NCBI RefSeq assembly: GCF_009914755.1
Contig: NC_060931.1
Direction: 5' to 3' (one strand)
From: the human T2T-CHM13v2.0 reference genome, Homo sapiens
Length of the DNA stretch: 64,000 bases
The notes beneath the pieces are model-generated. The model had not been told where the DNA came from and searched no databases. It saw nothing but the letters and a program-made list of their open reading frames with translations. Positions 18,001-60,965 of this stretch are shown here, piece by piece (position 1 is the first letter of the stretch; the number at the start of each line of letters is the position of its first letter). Made by a program: the position numbers and the translations under genes.

Positions 18001-18695
18001 CCCATATGTAAAACAGGAGAGGCAGGGAGGTATGAATAAGATGTTCTCCAGTGGGGCATGGTGGTTCATGCCTCTAACCCCAGCGCTTTGGGATACTGAG
18101 GTGGGAGGATCGCTTAGACGCCAGGAGTTTGAGACCAGCCTAGGCAACAATATAGTGAGACCCTGTCTCTAAAAAATAAAAATATAAAAGATGCTCTCTC
18201 TCATGAATGCTCTTAGCTCCAGCTACACCCTGTGAAAAACCTCAGGTCTACCTGAAAGTGGTCCAGAGATGTTTGTCTGTATCCCTTGCAGAGGAAGAGG
18301 AGAGCTGGGGGAAGATAGGAAGTAGGGTGCAGGACTCAGCTGTGGTCACAGGGCATCAAAGAGAAGAGGCAGAAAGAAGAAGTTCCTAGAGGCAGTGCAA
18401 TCCTGGAGGGCTTTCTGAAGGAGGAAGATTTTCATGGTTACTTTGATGCTGGAAAGGAAGGGAGGTGGATTAGGGGGCCTCTGGTGGAGTGCTCCCTGAC
18501 TTTAATGGAGGTGGAGAGGCATGGAGGGTCTCCTCTTTTTTTCTGAGAAAGAGAGTTTCACTTCTTAGCCTGGGCTGGAGTGCAGTGGGTCCACCATGGC
18601 TCACTGCAACCTTGAACTCCTGGGCTAAAGTGATCATTCTGCTTTAGCCTCTTGAGTAGCTGGGATCACTAGTAGGCTCCAACACGCCCAGCTAA

Positions 18696-19206
<511 letters not shown>

Positions 19207-20034
19207 TGACCCCAGTACCACTTCTTTTTTTTTTTTTGAGATGGAGTCTCGCTGTGTCTCCCAGGCTGGAGTGCAGTGGCTCAATCTTGGCTCACTGCAA
19301 GCTCTGCCTCCCGGGTTCACGCCATTCTCCTGCCTCAGCCTCCTGAGTGGCTGGGACTACAGGCGCCCGCCACCACACCTGGCTAATTTTTTGTATTTTT
19401 AGTGGAGACGGGGTTTCACCGTGTTAGCCAGGATGGTCTCGATCTCCTGACCTCATGATCCGCCTGCCTCGGCCTCTCAAAGTACTGGGATTACAGGCGT
19501 GAGCCACCGCGCCCGGCCCCCCAGTATCACTTCTGACTAACATTTACCAAACACTTACTACTTGCCAGGGTCCCGCCCACACCTGCTAAGCTGTTTATGT
19601 GGGTTAATCATTTAATCCCTTCCACAACCAGATGAAGTGAGTGTGTTTCCCCCACTTTACAGAAGAAGAGACAGAGGCACAGGGAGGTTGGGTCATTTGA
19701 GGTTCATACTGGCCGTAAGCGGCGGAGCTGGAATTTGAGCCCTGGTGTCCTGGCTCTCTGTACCTGCCGTGTGACAGATCCTGAGCTGGAAGCTGGAACT
19801 GGAGAAATGACATAAATGCCATCCCTGCCCTCAGAGGACCTCTGGTCTAACAGTGGGGACAGGTTAGTCTCTAAGAACTCCAGTACAGGGCAGGCTGGCA
19901 TCAGAGCTGTGAGGGAGCGTGCCGGGAAAGGACTGATTCAGTCTGTGCATGAGGGGAAGTGGAGGCTAGGATGAGAAGGATGAGTCAGTTCTACAACAAC
20001 CTTCAGCTTTAGGATCAGACATTGGGAGAAATAG

Positions 20035-20328
<294 letters not shown>

Positions 20329-20471
20329 TGAAACTACGTCTTGAGCTAAGGCAGAAGAGGTGTGGAAATGCAGCATATGATTGGGGAATGGGCCAGCCAC
20401 AGTGGCTCACACCTGTAATCCCAGCACTTTGGGAGGCTGACATGGGAGGACAGCTTGAGCCCGGGAGTTCA

Positions 20472-26712
<6,241 letters not shown>

Positions 26713-27030
26713 TCAATGCCATTAAAGTTCCCAGAGTCTCCCTGCCAACTCCAAAGCCCTTCTATCAGAGAGCTACACTTCTGAATTTTATGTTTATTGT
26801 TTCCAAACTTTCACTCTGTATGTATCTCCAAGCAATACAAAATATAGTTTTTCCTGTTTCTTTTCTTTTCTTTTTTGACAGGGTTTCGCTCTGTCATCCA
26901 GGCTGGAGTGTAGTGGTGGGATCAAGCTCAGTGCAGCCTCGACGTCTTTGGCTCAAGCAATCCTCCTGCCTCAGCCTCCCAAGCGTTGAGATTACAGGTG
27001 TGAGCCACTAGACCGGGCAGTTTGGCTGGC

Positions 27031-27211
27031 TTTCTCCTTCCTTCCTTCCTTCCTTCCTTCTTTCCTTCTTTCCTTCCTTCCTTCTATCCTTCCTTCCTTC
27101 CCTCCTTCCCTCCCTCCTTCCTTCCTTTCCTTTCTTTCTCTCTCTCTTTCTCCTCCCCTCCCCTCCCTCCGTCGCTTCCTCCCTCCCTCTCCCTCTCTCT
27201 CTTTCTTTCTT
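27031..27211. repeat. (TTCC)n/CT-rich simple repeat at an Alu tail
   Basis: ttcc/ctcc units. Confidence 0.9.
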
Positions 27212-27213
27212 AG

Positions 27214-27372
<159 letters not shown>

Positions 27373-28102
27373 TAGTAGAAACGGGGTTTCACCTTGTTGG
27401 TCAGGCTGGTCTAGAACTCTTGACCTCGTGATCCACCTGCCTCGGCCTCCCAAAGTATTGGGATTACAGGTGTGAGCCACCGCGCCTGGCCAATCTTTCC
27501 TGTTTCTAAGCTTTATATAAACAGTAGTATACTGAATATATTTTTCTGCTGCTTCCCTTTTTCACTCAGTGTTGTTTGAGATTCACTCAAATTCACATGC
27601 ATGGCTGTAGTTTTCTCATTTTTGTTGCTGTATATATGAAGTACTCCATTGTATGAAGACACACTGGTGTCTTTGCCATTCTCCTATGGTTGGACATTTG
27701 GATTGTTTCCAGGTTTTTTTGTGACTACAAATAATACAGGCAGGGTGCGGTGGCTCACGCCTATAATCCCAGCACTTTGGGAGGCTGAGGTGAGCAGATC
27801 ACCTGAGGTCAGGAGTTGGATACCAGCCTAACCAACATGGGGAAACCCCGTCTCTACTAAAAATACAAAAATTAGCTGGGAGTAGTGGCACACGCCTGTA
27901 ATCCCAGTTACTCAGAAGGCTGAGGCACAAGAATCGCTTGAACCTGGGAGGCGGAGGTTGCAGTGAGCCAAGATCGTGCCACCACACACTCAGCCTAGGC
28001 GACAGAGCAAAACTCTGTCTCAAAAATAAAAAATAAAATAATAATAATAAAAATAAAAATTCCTGTCCTTGCCTCCTAGTCCAAGAGGGAAAAATTTTGT
28101 AG

Positions 28103-30010
<1,908 letters not shown>

Positions 30011-30518
30011 GAGGGAAACAACTGAGTAGGTGTGACATGAATATCTTTGAATTACCCAGTTTGTTAAAGTGTTCTCCAAAATGAACTGATTCTGTCTTCT
30101 GCTAACATTGCATGAGAGTTCCTGGTGCTCCCCTTCCTCACCAACACTTGATGTTATTGGACTTTTTAATTTGTGCCAACCTGACAGCTATGAAATGTCT
30201 GAGCTCTGATTTCTATGTGATCAAGAAGAAAAAGGTGGCCCATGGTATTGAATGTGAAAAAGCAGGGCCCTAGCAGTAAGAAGGTAATTGGTAACCTTGG
30301 CTAGAGGGATGCACTTGAAATGGTGGGAGGGAGTGAAATTAGACTGAGTCACAGAACAAGGGGGAGTGGTAAGAAAATGGACAGAGGAAGTGCAGGATGT
30401 AGAGGGTACTTTCAAAACATTGGGTGGGGAGAGAAAGTGAAGTCTAAAGGCAGAAATTACAGGTGAAAGAGACAGAAAGAGAGACAGACAGACAGACAGA
30501 CATTCATTACTACTGTAG

Positions 30519-30746
<228 letters not shown>

Positions 30747-31639
30747 TGAACTCCTGACCTCAGGTGATTCGCCCCACTTTGGCCTCCCAAAGTGCTGAAA
30801 TTATAGGCGTGAGCCACGGTGCCCCTCCCAAGGCATCTTAAAGGAGTAAAGGAGACAGGTGAAAGTGAGACCCACAGCAAGGGTACCTGGGTTGGCTTTG
30901 GAATGAAGAGAGGTTGCCCTTCCTGGAGGCAGTAGGGAAGGAAGGGCTCTGGACAGAGGCAAAGAACATGCAGCCAGGCGCGGTGGCTCACGCCTGTAAT
31001 CCCAGCACTTTGGGAGACCATGGTGCAAGGATCACTTGAGTCCAGGAGTTCAAGACCAGCCTGGACAATATAGCAAGTCCATATTGCTACAAAAAAATAA
31101 AAAATTAGCTGGGCACAGTGGCACAGGCCTGTAGTCCCAGCTACTGTGGAAGCTGAGGTGGGAGGATCCTTTGAGCCCAGGAGTTCGAGGCTACAGTGAG
31201 CTATGAACGAGCCACTGCATTCTTGCCTGGACAACACAATGAGACTGTCTCAAAAAAAAAAAAAAAAAAAGCAAAGATGTGGAGACAGGAACTGGCAGGA
31301 GAGTTATCTGCTGAGGGACAGGAGTGGGCTTGGTTGTCTGCGGAGTATGGGGAAGGTTTACAGGGGGCATTGTTGTGGGGTATTGAGGCTGAACAAAGGG
31401 GGATCAGCGAGAAAGAGGGGACAAGCTGAGGTAGGAACCTCCCATTGGCGCTGACCACTGCCTTTTAGGTTGAAGAAGGCTTGTAACACAAAGTGGGAGG
31501 GGCCGAGGGAGGGCTGGATAGAGGGAGTATCTAGGAGACCCCCGAACACTTAGTGAACACAATGGGCCCTGAGGAGGCAGAGCAAACTGGGGAGCTCAGA
31601 AAGGCTTACCAGAGAAGGTGACATTTGAGCTGGGCTTCA

Positions 31640-31849
<210 letters not shown>

Positions 31850-32151
31850 CTACTAAAAACACACAAAAGAAGGCTGCACGCGGTGGCTCATGCCTGTAAT
31901 CCCAGCACTTTGGGAGGCCGAGGTGGGCGGATCACGAGGTTAGGAGATTGAGACTATCCTGGCTAACACGGTGAAACCCTGTCTCTATTAAAAATACAAA
32001 AAATTAGCCGGGCTTGGGGGCGGGCGCCTGTAGTCCCAGCTACTCAGGAGGCTGAGGCAGGAGAACGGTGTGAACCCGGGAGGCGGAGCTTGTAGTGAGC
32101 TGAGATCGCGTCACTGCACTCTGACCTGGGTAACAGAGTGAGACTCTGTCT

Positions 32152-32185
<34 letters not shown>

Positions 32186-33849
32186 ACTGTGATCCCAGCT
32201 ACTCCGGAGGCTTAGGCAGGAGAACTGTTTGAACCTGGGTGGCAAAGATTGCAGTGACCTGAGATCACACCACTGACTCCAGCCTGGGCGACAGAGGGAG
32301 ACTCTGTCTAAAAAGAAAGTGAAGGGACTGTGTGAGTCCAGAGGAAAAGGGAATAACCCCCTAGCCTGGGAAGGTGGAGAGGGCTTCCTGGAGGTGGTGA
32401 TATTCCAGATGAGTCTTGAAGGGGAAAGCCAATTTTAGTTGTTGTAAAAATGTAGAACTGTTTTTAAAAAAAAGTAGAAGTGTTACTTTTATGGTCTGTC
32501 AACAAGGCTGTCCTGCCGCTTCTCCCAGACATTGGCACCATGCCTGCCCACCATGCTATGGCTGGATAGGGAGAGTCCTTGCTCAGCTCTTCCCGCCCCT
32601 ATGCCTTGGCTTATGGATTTCTGTTTGCTTTCATCATTTTCTCCTTCAACTTGAGAACTCCTATTCAACCTCTGAAACCCAGCTCAAATGCCACCTCCTC
32701 TGGTAAGCCTTCCTAATTGCTCTTTGTACTTTTGTAGCAGTGTATTAAGGTGGAACAAGCTCAGTTGTCGTTGTTGTTTTTTGAGACGGGGTCTTGCTCC
32801 ATTTCCCAGGCTGGAGTACAGTGGCAAAATCATAGGTCACTGCAGCCTCAACCTCCTGGGCTCAAGTGATCCTCCCACCTCAGCCTCCTGAGCAGCTGGG
32901 GCTACAGGCACGAACCACCACGGCCGGCTACTTTATTTTTTATGTTTGGCAGAGATGGGGGTCTCATTGTGTTGCCCAGGCTGGGTCACTCATTGTCTGA
33001 CTTAATTTCTGAGTGTCTATTTCCTGAGATGGGGACAATGGCTTAACCTATTTGTAAAGACAAGGTACAGGACATATCGGGGATCACATGGGAATCACAA
33101 AGCCATCATGAGGTGACACCTGCCATTTGTCTTATACTAGAATTAGTTGAGTGGGAATGGGACTCTGCCTTAATCCATGAACTCCCTGAGGGCAGGGACA
33201 GTGTCCCCACAGGGCCTAGCCCAGTGTTCAGCGCAGAGCGGCATCGTATGCTCTGTGGACACTGTACAAATGAGAAGAAACGGGACTGTATCATTTACCT
33301 GTAATGTGACTTTGGGGAGGCGACATCATCTCTTTTTTTTCTTTTTTTTCTTTGTTTGAGACGGAGCACGGAGTCTCTGTCGCCCAGGCTGGAGTGGAGT
33401 GGTGCTATCTCGGCTCACTACAACCTCCGCCTCCCAGGTTCAAGCGATTCTCCTGCCTCAGCCACCTGAGTAGCTGGAATTACAGGCGCCCACCACCACG
33501 CCCGGCTAATTTTTGTTGGTCAGGTTGGTCTCAAACTTCTGACCTCAAATGATTCACCCACCTTGGACTCCCAAAGTGCTGGGATTACAGGCATGGGCTA
33601 CCGTGCCCGGCCTCTGTGATGCTTCTGCATGTCTAAAATAACAAGTGGGTATTGACCTACTATGTGTATTCATTATAACATTGCTAGCCATATCACTATC
33701 CCTCAGCATTTTAATTTTACTTTTATAGAGATGGGGTCTTGCTGTGTTGCCCAGGCTGGTCTCAAAACTGAGCTCAAGCAATCTCCCACCTCTGCCTCCT
33801 GAGTAGCTAGGACTACAGACGCATGCCACCATGTCCGGATACTTTTTAA

Positions 33850-34188
<339 letters not shown>

Positions 34189-34873
34189 TCTTTTCACCCT
34201 TTTGACAATTTTTAAATTTTTTTAAATAGAGACGGGGGTCTTGTTATGTTGCCCAGGCTGGTCTCAAACTCCTGGCCTCAAGCGATCCTCCCTTCTCGGT
34301 CTCCCAAATCGCTGGAATTACAGGAGAGAGCCACCGCGCCCGGCCAGCAAGTCAGCGCTCACCATCTCCAACCCCATTTTACAGAAGAGAAAACTGAGGC
34401 TTGGGGAGGGCTGCAAGGCAGGAGCCCTCGGCGCCCGGCCAAAGTCAGAAATTTGTTGTTGCCATCCGAGGGGAAAACGTGCACGGGCTCTGCAAATTGT
34501 AACCGCCCGGGGTGGGAGAGTCCGTGCCTGGGGGCGTGGTGAGCCAGGGCCGGTGCTGGGGCGCAGAGCAGGGCGGCTCAGATTCCGGGAGGGGCGGGGA
34601 GATCGGGTTGCTGGGCGATCCTGGGGTGCTGGAGGCGGCGCGGCGCGGCCGGGGCGGGGAGGGGTGCGGCCCGCCTCCTCCCTGCCCCACCCCCAGCCCC
34701 GGCGCCGCGGCTCCTTTAAGAGCGGGAGGGGCGCCCCCTGGCGGCGGAGCGGTGCGTGCGGCCGGAGCCGGAGCGGATCCTGGAGCCGGAGCGGAGCGGA
34801 GCGGAGCGGAGCCGGGGCGGAGCGGGCCGAGCGGGCCGAGCCAGCAGCCGAGCTGGGGGCGCGGGCGGGCGGC

Positions 34874-38291
<3,418 letters not shown>

Positions 38292-39002
38292 GATCCACGG
38301 TGCGGCCCCCCAGTTGGGGGGCCTAGACAAACTTGATGCGTGGCTCCTCCTCCTCCCCCACTGCCTGGGTGGGGGGAGGGGCAGGCCCCTCCCCCTGGCC
38401 TCAGGCAGGCCCTGGCCCTGGAGGCTGAGCTGGGGAGGAGGGTCCCCTGGAAGAGGCCCGAGAGGGGGCTGGGGGTGGGTGGGCAGGGCTTTATGCCTCT
38501 GGCGCTGAAGACACCCTGCCTTTTTTGTTTCCGTGCCCCGGGGCCTCTAGGGTGATGGACCAGCCCCGTTAAAGAACTTGACTCAACTACAGGGGCCTGG
38601 GAAGATGCCTGGGTCCCCTAGGGGCCTTGCCAAGGGGACCTGTCGCACCCCACCACTCCACTGGGCTCGCACAACGCCAAGGCCGCCAGGAGTGTTTTAC
38701 ATCATGTCCTGAGCCTACCTTTCCCCCAAATTCTGGGGCCCACAGCCTAGGAGCCAGGTGATCAGGCCTCGGCTGTGGGGCCAGGGACACCATGGCCCTG
38801 GGGCTACTACGTGTCCACACATGCTCCAGACCCTGGGGCAAGGTAGGCCAGGGGCTTCTGACCTGTGCAGGTGAGAGTGGGCCATACCCAGGAAAGACCA
38901 TTCTGTATTTTTCTGTCCCTGTCTCCTTAGAATGGAAGCTTTTTGAGGGCAGGTCCTTGTCTTTGTACGTTCTGTCCCCAGCCCCGCCTCTTAGGGGCCG
39001 TC

Positions 39003-39008
39003 AATAAA
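39003..39008 (+). terminator. VPS37D: VPS37D polyadenylation signal AATAAA
   Basis: First canonical AATAAA I see after the stop codon, about 710 nt downstream. Confidence 0.8.
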
Positions 39009-39880
39009 TGTGATGATGAGGATGACGATGCTGCCCGACTCCTCTCTGCTGTTGCAGCCTCCACAGCTCAGCTCCTGTGCTTCCACTTCCTACTTTTGAG
39101 ATGCTCTCCCCTCCTTTCTGCCCATGCAAAGCCCAGCTGTCCGGGTCCAACACCGCCGCTGCCTCTTCCATGAAGCCTTCTCTGATTACCAACCCGTTGA
39201 GAGCCTTTCCTAAATCTTAACTTCCCGGCATTTCCAGTCAGAAGCGCTCACTGCTCCATCTTGGTTCTCCAATTGCCTCACCTGTACGCATCTTTTCCTG
39301 GGTTGCCCATAAGCCCAATCGGGATGGTACCTGGTCTTCTCTGGCCTGCCAAATGACGGTCCCCACGGAGTGATGGAGGGCATTTTGCAGGACTGATGGC
39401 ATCTGTCCTCAGCCAGGGGGAATGCTAGGTGCCAGTTTGGCTGATGATTGTGGAACAAGGAGGTGGGATATACCCTGGGTCAGCTTAGGTCAAGTCCAAT
39501 GAGATGCAGTTTGGCAGGGAGGCGTGGAAGTTCTTGCAAACAAAAGGGGACAGTCACAGTGTTGTGGAAGCCTACAAAGCTAATATGGTGTTGGTCCATG
39601 TTAATAAGGACATAACTATCTGGAAAGAGGAAGGTGTTGGGGTAGCTTTGCTTTTCACTTAAGTTTTTTACTGGAAGAGGGTCCCCTCCCCCCACCCGCC
39701 CCAAATGGCACCTTTGGAGAAACAAGGATGAGAAAGAACAGTCAGTGAGGAACAGTTGAGGGATCTGTTTCAAATGTGTTTGTGTGTGATGTTCAGCCTT
39801 TGAATCTCTAAAGGGTTGGGTCACCTAGAACCAGAGGTTAAAGCCAAGACCAGTGGGTGGGAACCACAGGTCAAAGCTAA

Positions 39881-40363
<483 letters not shown>

Positions 40364-40569
40364 TTAGAGCCTCAGGCCTAGACAGTCAGAGTGTCCCCCT
40401 AGTACAGGCACAGTTTAAGCACTGAGAGTGCCCACTTTAGAACCTCCATCCCACCTTGGTCTTGGTTCCACTCTCTTCACTGCTGGCACTTCAGCTGCTG
40501 GAGGCCAAGGGACACCAGAACCGCTGAGTTCCTGCTGATATGACCAAAGACTGAGCAGCCTTGGAAGAC

Positions 40570-42565
<1,996 letters not shown>

Positions 42566-42652
42566 CTCCCTGCATAAAGTGCAGGCTCTTGCAGCAACAT
42601 ACAATATAAGAATTTGCAACCTCAAATGCCTACAGGGGCCAGGAAGGTGACA

Positions 42653-42835
42653 CAGAGGTGCAAAGTAGTCCCTTTCCAGGAAGAAATTCTCCTGCCCCTA
42701 TTTTTCTGAAAATGCATGGTACCTTTTTACTTTTTTGCTTTCCCTCTTGATGGACATGGGGTACAGAAATGTTTTTCTGCTATGGGAAAAACGGTGCAAG
42801 TGTGTAGATAAAAGGCGTTTTACACTTCACCCCTG
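42653..42835. mobile_element. Small TIR (hAT-like) element nested in an older DNA-transposon fragment; partial second copy at about 40656-41410
   Basis: Ends CAGAGGTG.../...CACCCCTG; core tttttctgaaaatgcatggt shared with about 40700-40720. Confidence 0.55.
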
Positions 42836-43254
42836 TTGGTGGAAGTGCAGCAAATTGGGGAGTGATGTCTCATCTAAATGGACGAAATTTTTTTTGTTGT
42901 CTTTTTTTTTTTTGAGACAGGGTCTTGGTCTGTCACCTAGGCTGGAGTGCAGTTATGTGATCATAGCTTACTTGAAATCTCAACCTCCCAGGCTCAAGCC
43001 ATCCTCCCACCTCAGCTTCCCAAGTAGCTGGGACTACAGGTGCGTGCCACCATGCCTGGCTAATTTTTGTATTTTTTGTAGAGATGGGGTTTTGCCATGC
43101 TGCCCAGGCTGGTCCCGAACTCCTGGGCTCAAGGGATCCGCCTACCTTGGCCTCCCAAAGTGCTGGGATTACAGGCGTGCATTACCGCACCTGGCCTCAA
43201 AGGGGAAATGCTACTGAGCTTCTCCCACAGCGCTAATGCAGGTACGTGAACTGA

Positions 43255-43395
<141 letters not shown>

Positions 43396-43547
43396 TGAGT
43401 AGCTGGGATTACCGGCGTGCACCACCACATCGGCTGATTTTTTTGTATTTTTAGTAGAGATGGGGTTTCTCCATGTTGGTCAGGCTAGCCTTGAACTCCT
43501 GATCTCAGATGATCCACCCGCCTCGGCCTCCCAAAGTGCTGGGATTA

Positions 43548-43889
<342 letters not shown>

Positions 43890-44179
43890 TCAAAAAAAAA
43901 ATCGGTTTTTATGCCCAAATTTTGAATGTTGGGTAAAGTTGTTTTAGGACACTGTGCCAGCCAAATACTATCTGCAAGGTGACTGTGGCCTATGAACCCC
44001 AAATCCCAGTCTGCTCTTTGTACTCCTCAAACAGGCCTTCCCTGCCATTTTTTTTTTTTTCTGAGATGGAGTCTCACTCTGTCACCCAGGCTGGAGTGCA
44101 GCGTCATGATCTTGGCTCACTGCAACCTCCGCCTCCTGGGTTCAAGCTATCCTCCCACCTTGGCCTCCTGAGTAGCTAG

Positions 44180-44425
<246 letters not shown>

Positions 44426-44488
44426 TGATCTCTTGACCTCGTGATCCGCCCACCTCGGCCTCCCAAAGTGCTGGGATTACAGGCGTGA

Positions 44489-44632
<144 letters not shown>

Positions 44633-44733
44633 TAGTTGGGATTACAGGCACCCACCATCATGCCCGGCTAATTTTTATATTTTTGTAGAGACGGGGTTTC
44701 ACCATGTTGGCCAGACTGGTCTTGAACTCCTGA

Positions 44734-44946
<213 letters not shown>

Positions 44947-45311
44947 TGAAACATGCCTTCTTTTGTCTAAAGTGGCTGTCCCCTCTCAGGGCTGAGGATG
45001 TGAATTTTGAAGGGACAAGGGTAGGATGGGAGAGCCAACCCACCACAAGACTAGTGACAGGACCCTAGCCTTAAGAGACACTGGTGAGGTGGCTAGATCC
45101 ATAGCGACGCTGTGACTTCAGGACAGATAGTGAGAGATGAGCTCTCTGCATGTGTTGAGCATGTTTGGCCTACGCAAGGTCTTGAGATCCAGGCTCAGCT
45201 CTCACCATGGTTTGCACACATTAACAGAGGGACACTCAGCTGCTTTGCACAAAACCACGACGGCTGCAAGCTGGACCTCGGAGCTGAGCTGCTGAGGGCA
45301 GGCTAAGGTAG

Positions 45312-45691
<380 letters not shown>

Positions 45692-46864
45692 TAGGCGAGA
45701 TCTTTGTACACTAGTCTTGGACTCCTGGGCTCAAGCGATCCTCCTGCCTCAGCCTCCCAAGTAACTGGGACCACAGGTGTGTGCCATTGTGCTGGGCTTT
45801 CCCTCATGATCTTCCCCATGGGCAGGTGGCAGCATGTGACTTCATCATGGCGCTGAGGAACTGAGAGGAGGCAAAGGCCAGGACAGGGCCCGCTTTTCTA
45901 GTGCACTGAATTCCAGAGTGTGGACTGAGGTAGCACCACCACTTATCAGCCGTCCCTCTCTCAGCCTGTTTGCACAGGGTCTGGCGACCTTCCAGGAAGC
46001 CCAACAGTTTGAAACACAGACCTCTTCCATTTCCAAAAAAGGGTGTGTTGGTGGCCACTCCAAGTCAATCGTGACCCAGTAGGACAGCTCTGTGGCCTAA
46101 GGTAAGCTATTCCTAATCAATTTGGCTCATACAGAGGTGCACTCAATGAATGAAATGCCGGAACCTCAGAAGGAAGAGGGAGAAAGCCTACTTCCTCAAC
46201 ACTGGGATCTGTAAAGGGTCATCTCACCCAGCAATAAATAAAGGGCAACAGAAGGGAAAAAGCAGTTTGGCTCAGGAGAAATAAAGTCCCATTCAAGCCC
46301 AAAGACACCACCACAATTACCTAGACCTGTGCGCCTTTGGTTCCTGTCTTGTGGCCTCTGTCTCCCCATTTAGGAACCACGCCTGTGGCTCACTCGGCCT
46401 CGTGCTATACCAGTAACCCCCTCCCCACCCCACTGAGCACAGCCTGGGCCAGGCTGGGCCCCTTTACCCTATTCTCCCATCCTAGGTCCAAACTTCTAGG
46501 GAGTTTTGTTTCAGTTTGTGAAAAAGAAAAAGGATTAAGGCTGGGCATGTCTGAGCCATCCTCCACAACCAGGAATTATGGAATAGCCCCTAGAAGGCAG
46601 GGGCTAAGGTCATGGCCGAGTTCAGCCTCCACTTGCCAGGTAGCAGCAGAGAAAGAAAAGACTCAAGCCAATCTGAGTGGGTGGGGGGAAAATGTGACCA
46701 TGGGAACCTTTTGGGGGTCCTTCAAAAAGCCTCCCACACATTTTCCTTTCCATGAAGAGCACAGGCTCAGTTTCAGGGCAGGCAGGGAGTGGGGTCCCTC
46801 AGGCATTAGCTCTGGCCTACAAAACCCTGAGGCATAAAGGGATGACATTACGGAGTAGGCCTTG

Positions 46865-46874
46865 TGCTGAGTCA
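46865..46874. promoter_or_regulatory. ARE/MARE-type NRF2/BACH-sMAF (AP-1-containing) site
   Basis: TGCTGAGTCA (= TGACTCAGCA on the - strand). Confidence 0.45.
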
Positions 46875-46983
46875 GGGGAGAGGCTTAGGATTGGATGATG
46901 GTTAGTAAACCTTATAGAATACTTTGCTTAGAGTTTCATGGAATGTCCCAGAAGTTTACCTTAGTCTGGACCCACCCCCAGTC

Positions 46984-47003
46984 TGAACCTTCTGGAATTT
47001 TCT
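46984..47003. promoter_or_regulatory. Heat-shock element, 4 contiguous perfect nGAAn units
   Basis: tGAAc cTTCt gGAAt tTTCt. Confidence 0.6.
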
Positions 47004-47236
47004 ATGTACCCCAGATTCGGGGGCTCACAGGGAACGTTCCTGGCTGGGATCTTGACTGAGAAAACAAACTTCAGAGGTCTATCTCAAGGAGCCCATGCTA
47101 TTAGACCACTAGTGCTTTACAAACCCACATCGAAAGGAGGCCACCTGTTTCACTAGAACAAAAAGCCCTTGCCCCACTGTTTCTGTCGTGCCTGCTTTAC
47201 TGGTTGAGAAGCACTAGTTTCAGAACATTTTGCTAA

Positions 47237-47683
<447 letters not shown>

Positions 47684-48675
47684 TGATCCACCCGCCTTGG
47701 GTGGATCCCAAAGTGTTGTGCCAGGCCCCAGATCTTCATTACTGCATCATATGATCACTGCAAAGCCTGGAGTAGGGGCATACCCCCAACCTCCGAGGCA
47801 AGAGACAATCAATGGTTTCCCTTTTTTTTTTTCCTTTTCAGGCTAGATTGGCACAATGATGGAATGGTTTTCAAGAGGCCAAGTAGGACCAGCTGTGGGT
47901 TTATCCCATTTTACCTAAGGATTTTACACAATACATTGAGTGCAGGAATGGCACACAATGATTGCACTCAGTAATATACCAAACCACTCCTGGCTTTGTT
48001 TAGACCCTAGACTTGGGCCCTCATCCTTCTCGTAGACCTCTTGCGAGGATTTTCCCCTTTTACAGATTCACACTCAGTCCCGAACAGAAACACTTGAGCA
48101 CCTACAATCTCACAGCCAACTCCCTGCCAACGTCCAGTGACTCACAGTTAAGAGAGCTTCAGCAGCAGCTCTGACCAAAGTGATGACCAACTACTTAACA
48201 TGAATTAGAAACAGAGCAGAAAAAACACGCCTTTAGCCTGCTCTGCGTAAAGAACCAAGTCTCCACCATGAACACCAAGCCACCAACTCCCCGTCCCTCA
48301 GTAGTCCTGTGTACTCCCAAAGCCCCAAAATTTACCCCAGCCTCAAGCAGCCTTGTTTAAAAAATTAAGGAAGGGCCTGTGATAAGCACTGCAAGTTAAA
48401 CAGAAACAGGGGACTTAAGTGCAGAGTTTGTCACTCTATTTCTGGGAGGGGATGGGCTGCACAGTGTGCAATGGGGCTGGCTGGTAAAGGGAGGACCAGG
48501 TGACAGCCAGCCACACTGTCTCAAGGATGAACCTGGCCCTGCTAGCATTATGCTGTAATCCCTGTGGATTAGAACTATGGATAATAGGGCCGGGAGCAGT
48601 GGCTCATGCCTGCAATCCCAGCACTTTGGGAGGCTGGACGGGCAGACAGCCTGAGGTCGGCAGTTCGAGACCTCA

Positions 48676-48903
<228 letters not shown>

Positions 48904-49657
48904 CTATGGATAATAAAGCATGACAGACCTCAAGATGCCAAATGATTTTCTCCTCTGCTGTCATGCCTACAGAGTAACTTCTCCAAGGTCACACATTAAA
49001 TATGGGCACAGGAACACTCATTCCTTATGCTCAATGACTTTTTCTCACTCCTACATGCTATCAACATAAGGAGGAGTGCCCCAGGGGGCTGACCTTAGCG
49101 GGAGGAACGACAGGCTCTCCACCGATCCCATTCTTACCCTGGACCAGGTCTCACCTGCGGCTTGGGGAAGTCACAGAAAGACAAGTTTCGTACAACCCCA
49201 GACCTTTTCTTTTGGTAGTCAACAATTGGTCACATTGCACATTTCAAGGTTACAGAGGCCCACCATACACATGCGGGGCAGGAGGAGATAAATCTTGCTT
49301 GGGGCTAAACAATAAAGCTACAGCGAGTGTTCCAGAAGTTGACCACATCTGGAAGCAAGAAGACAGACTCTGGAAGAAGCACCCTAGAGACTCCAGGAAC
49401 CCCCTTCACTCCTGGGCTTTCGGGACTCTACAGCGTGGGGCCTCTTTCTCAGACATCGAAAGGCCTCCTTTTCTGGACCACAGTGGAGCGATGTGCAGGT
49501 CATCGGCTAAGCTGGGCGGGTCGGGGAGGGCAGGGGGAGTACAGTTCCTTCGGATCCCAGCAAAGGTAGACTATCAACGGCCAAGGGTTCAGAGGCAGGA
49601 AAAAAGGCCGTTTCTGGGGGGTTGGCTGGGGACACTCCCCTTCCCTTCTCTCTCCGA

Positions 49658-60965
<11,308 letters not shown>

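Noticed and set aside
47935-47972. Hairpin ATTGAGTGCA-N18-TGCACTCAGT as a structured RNA
   Set aside because: Short stem, second arm absent from copy 1, and no snoRNA/tRNA boxes recognised
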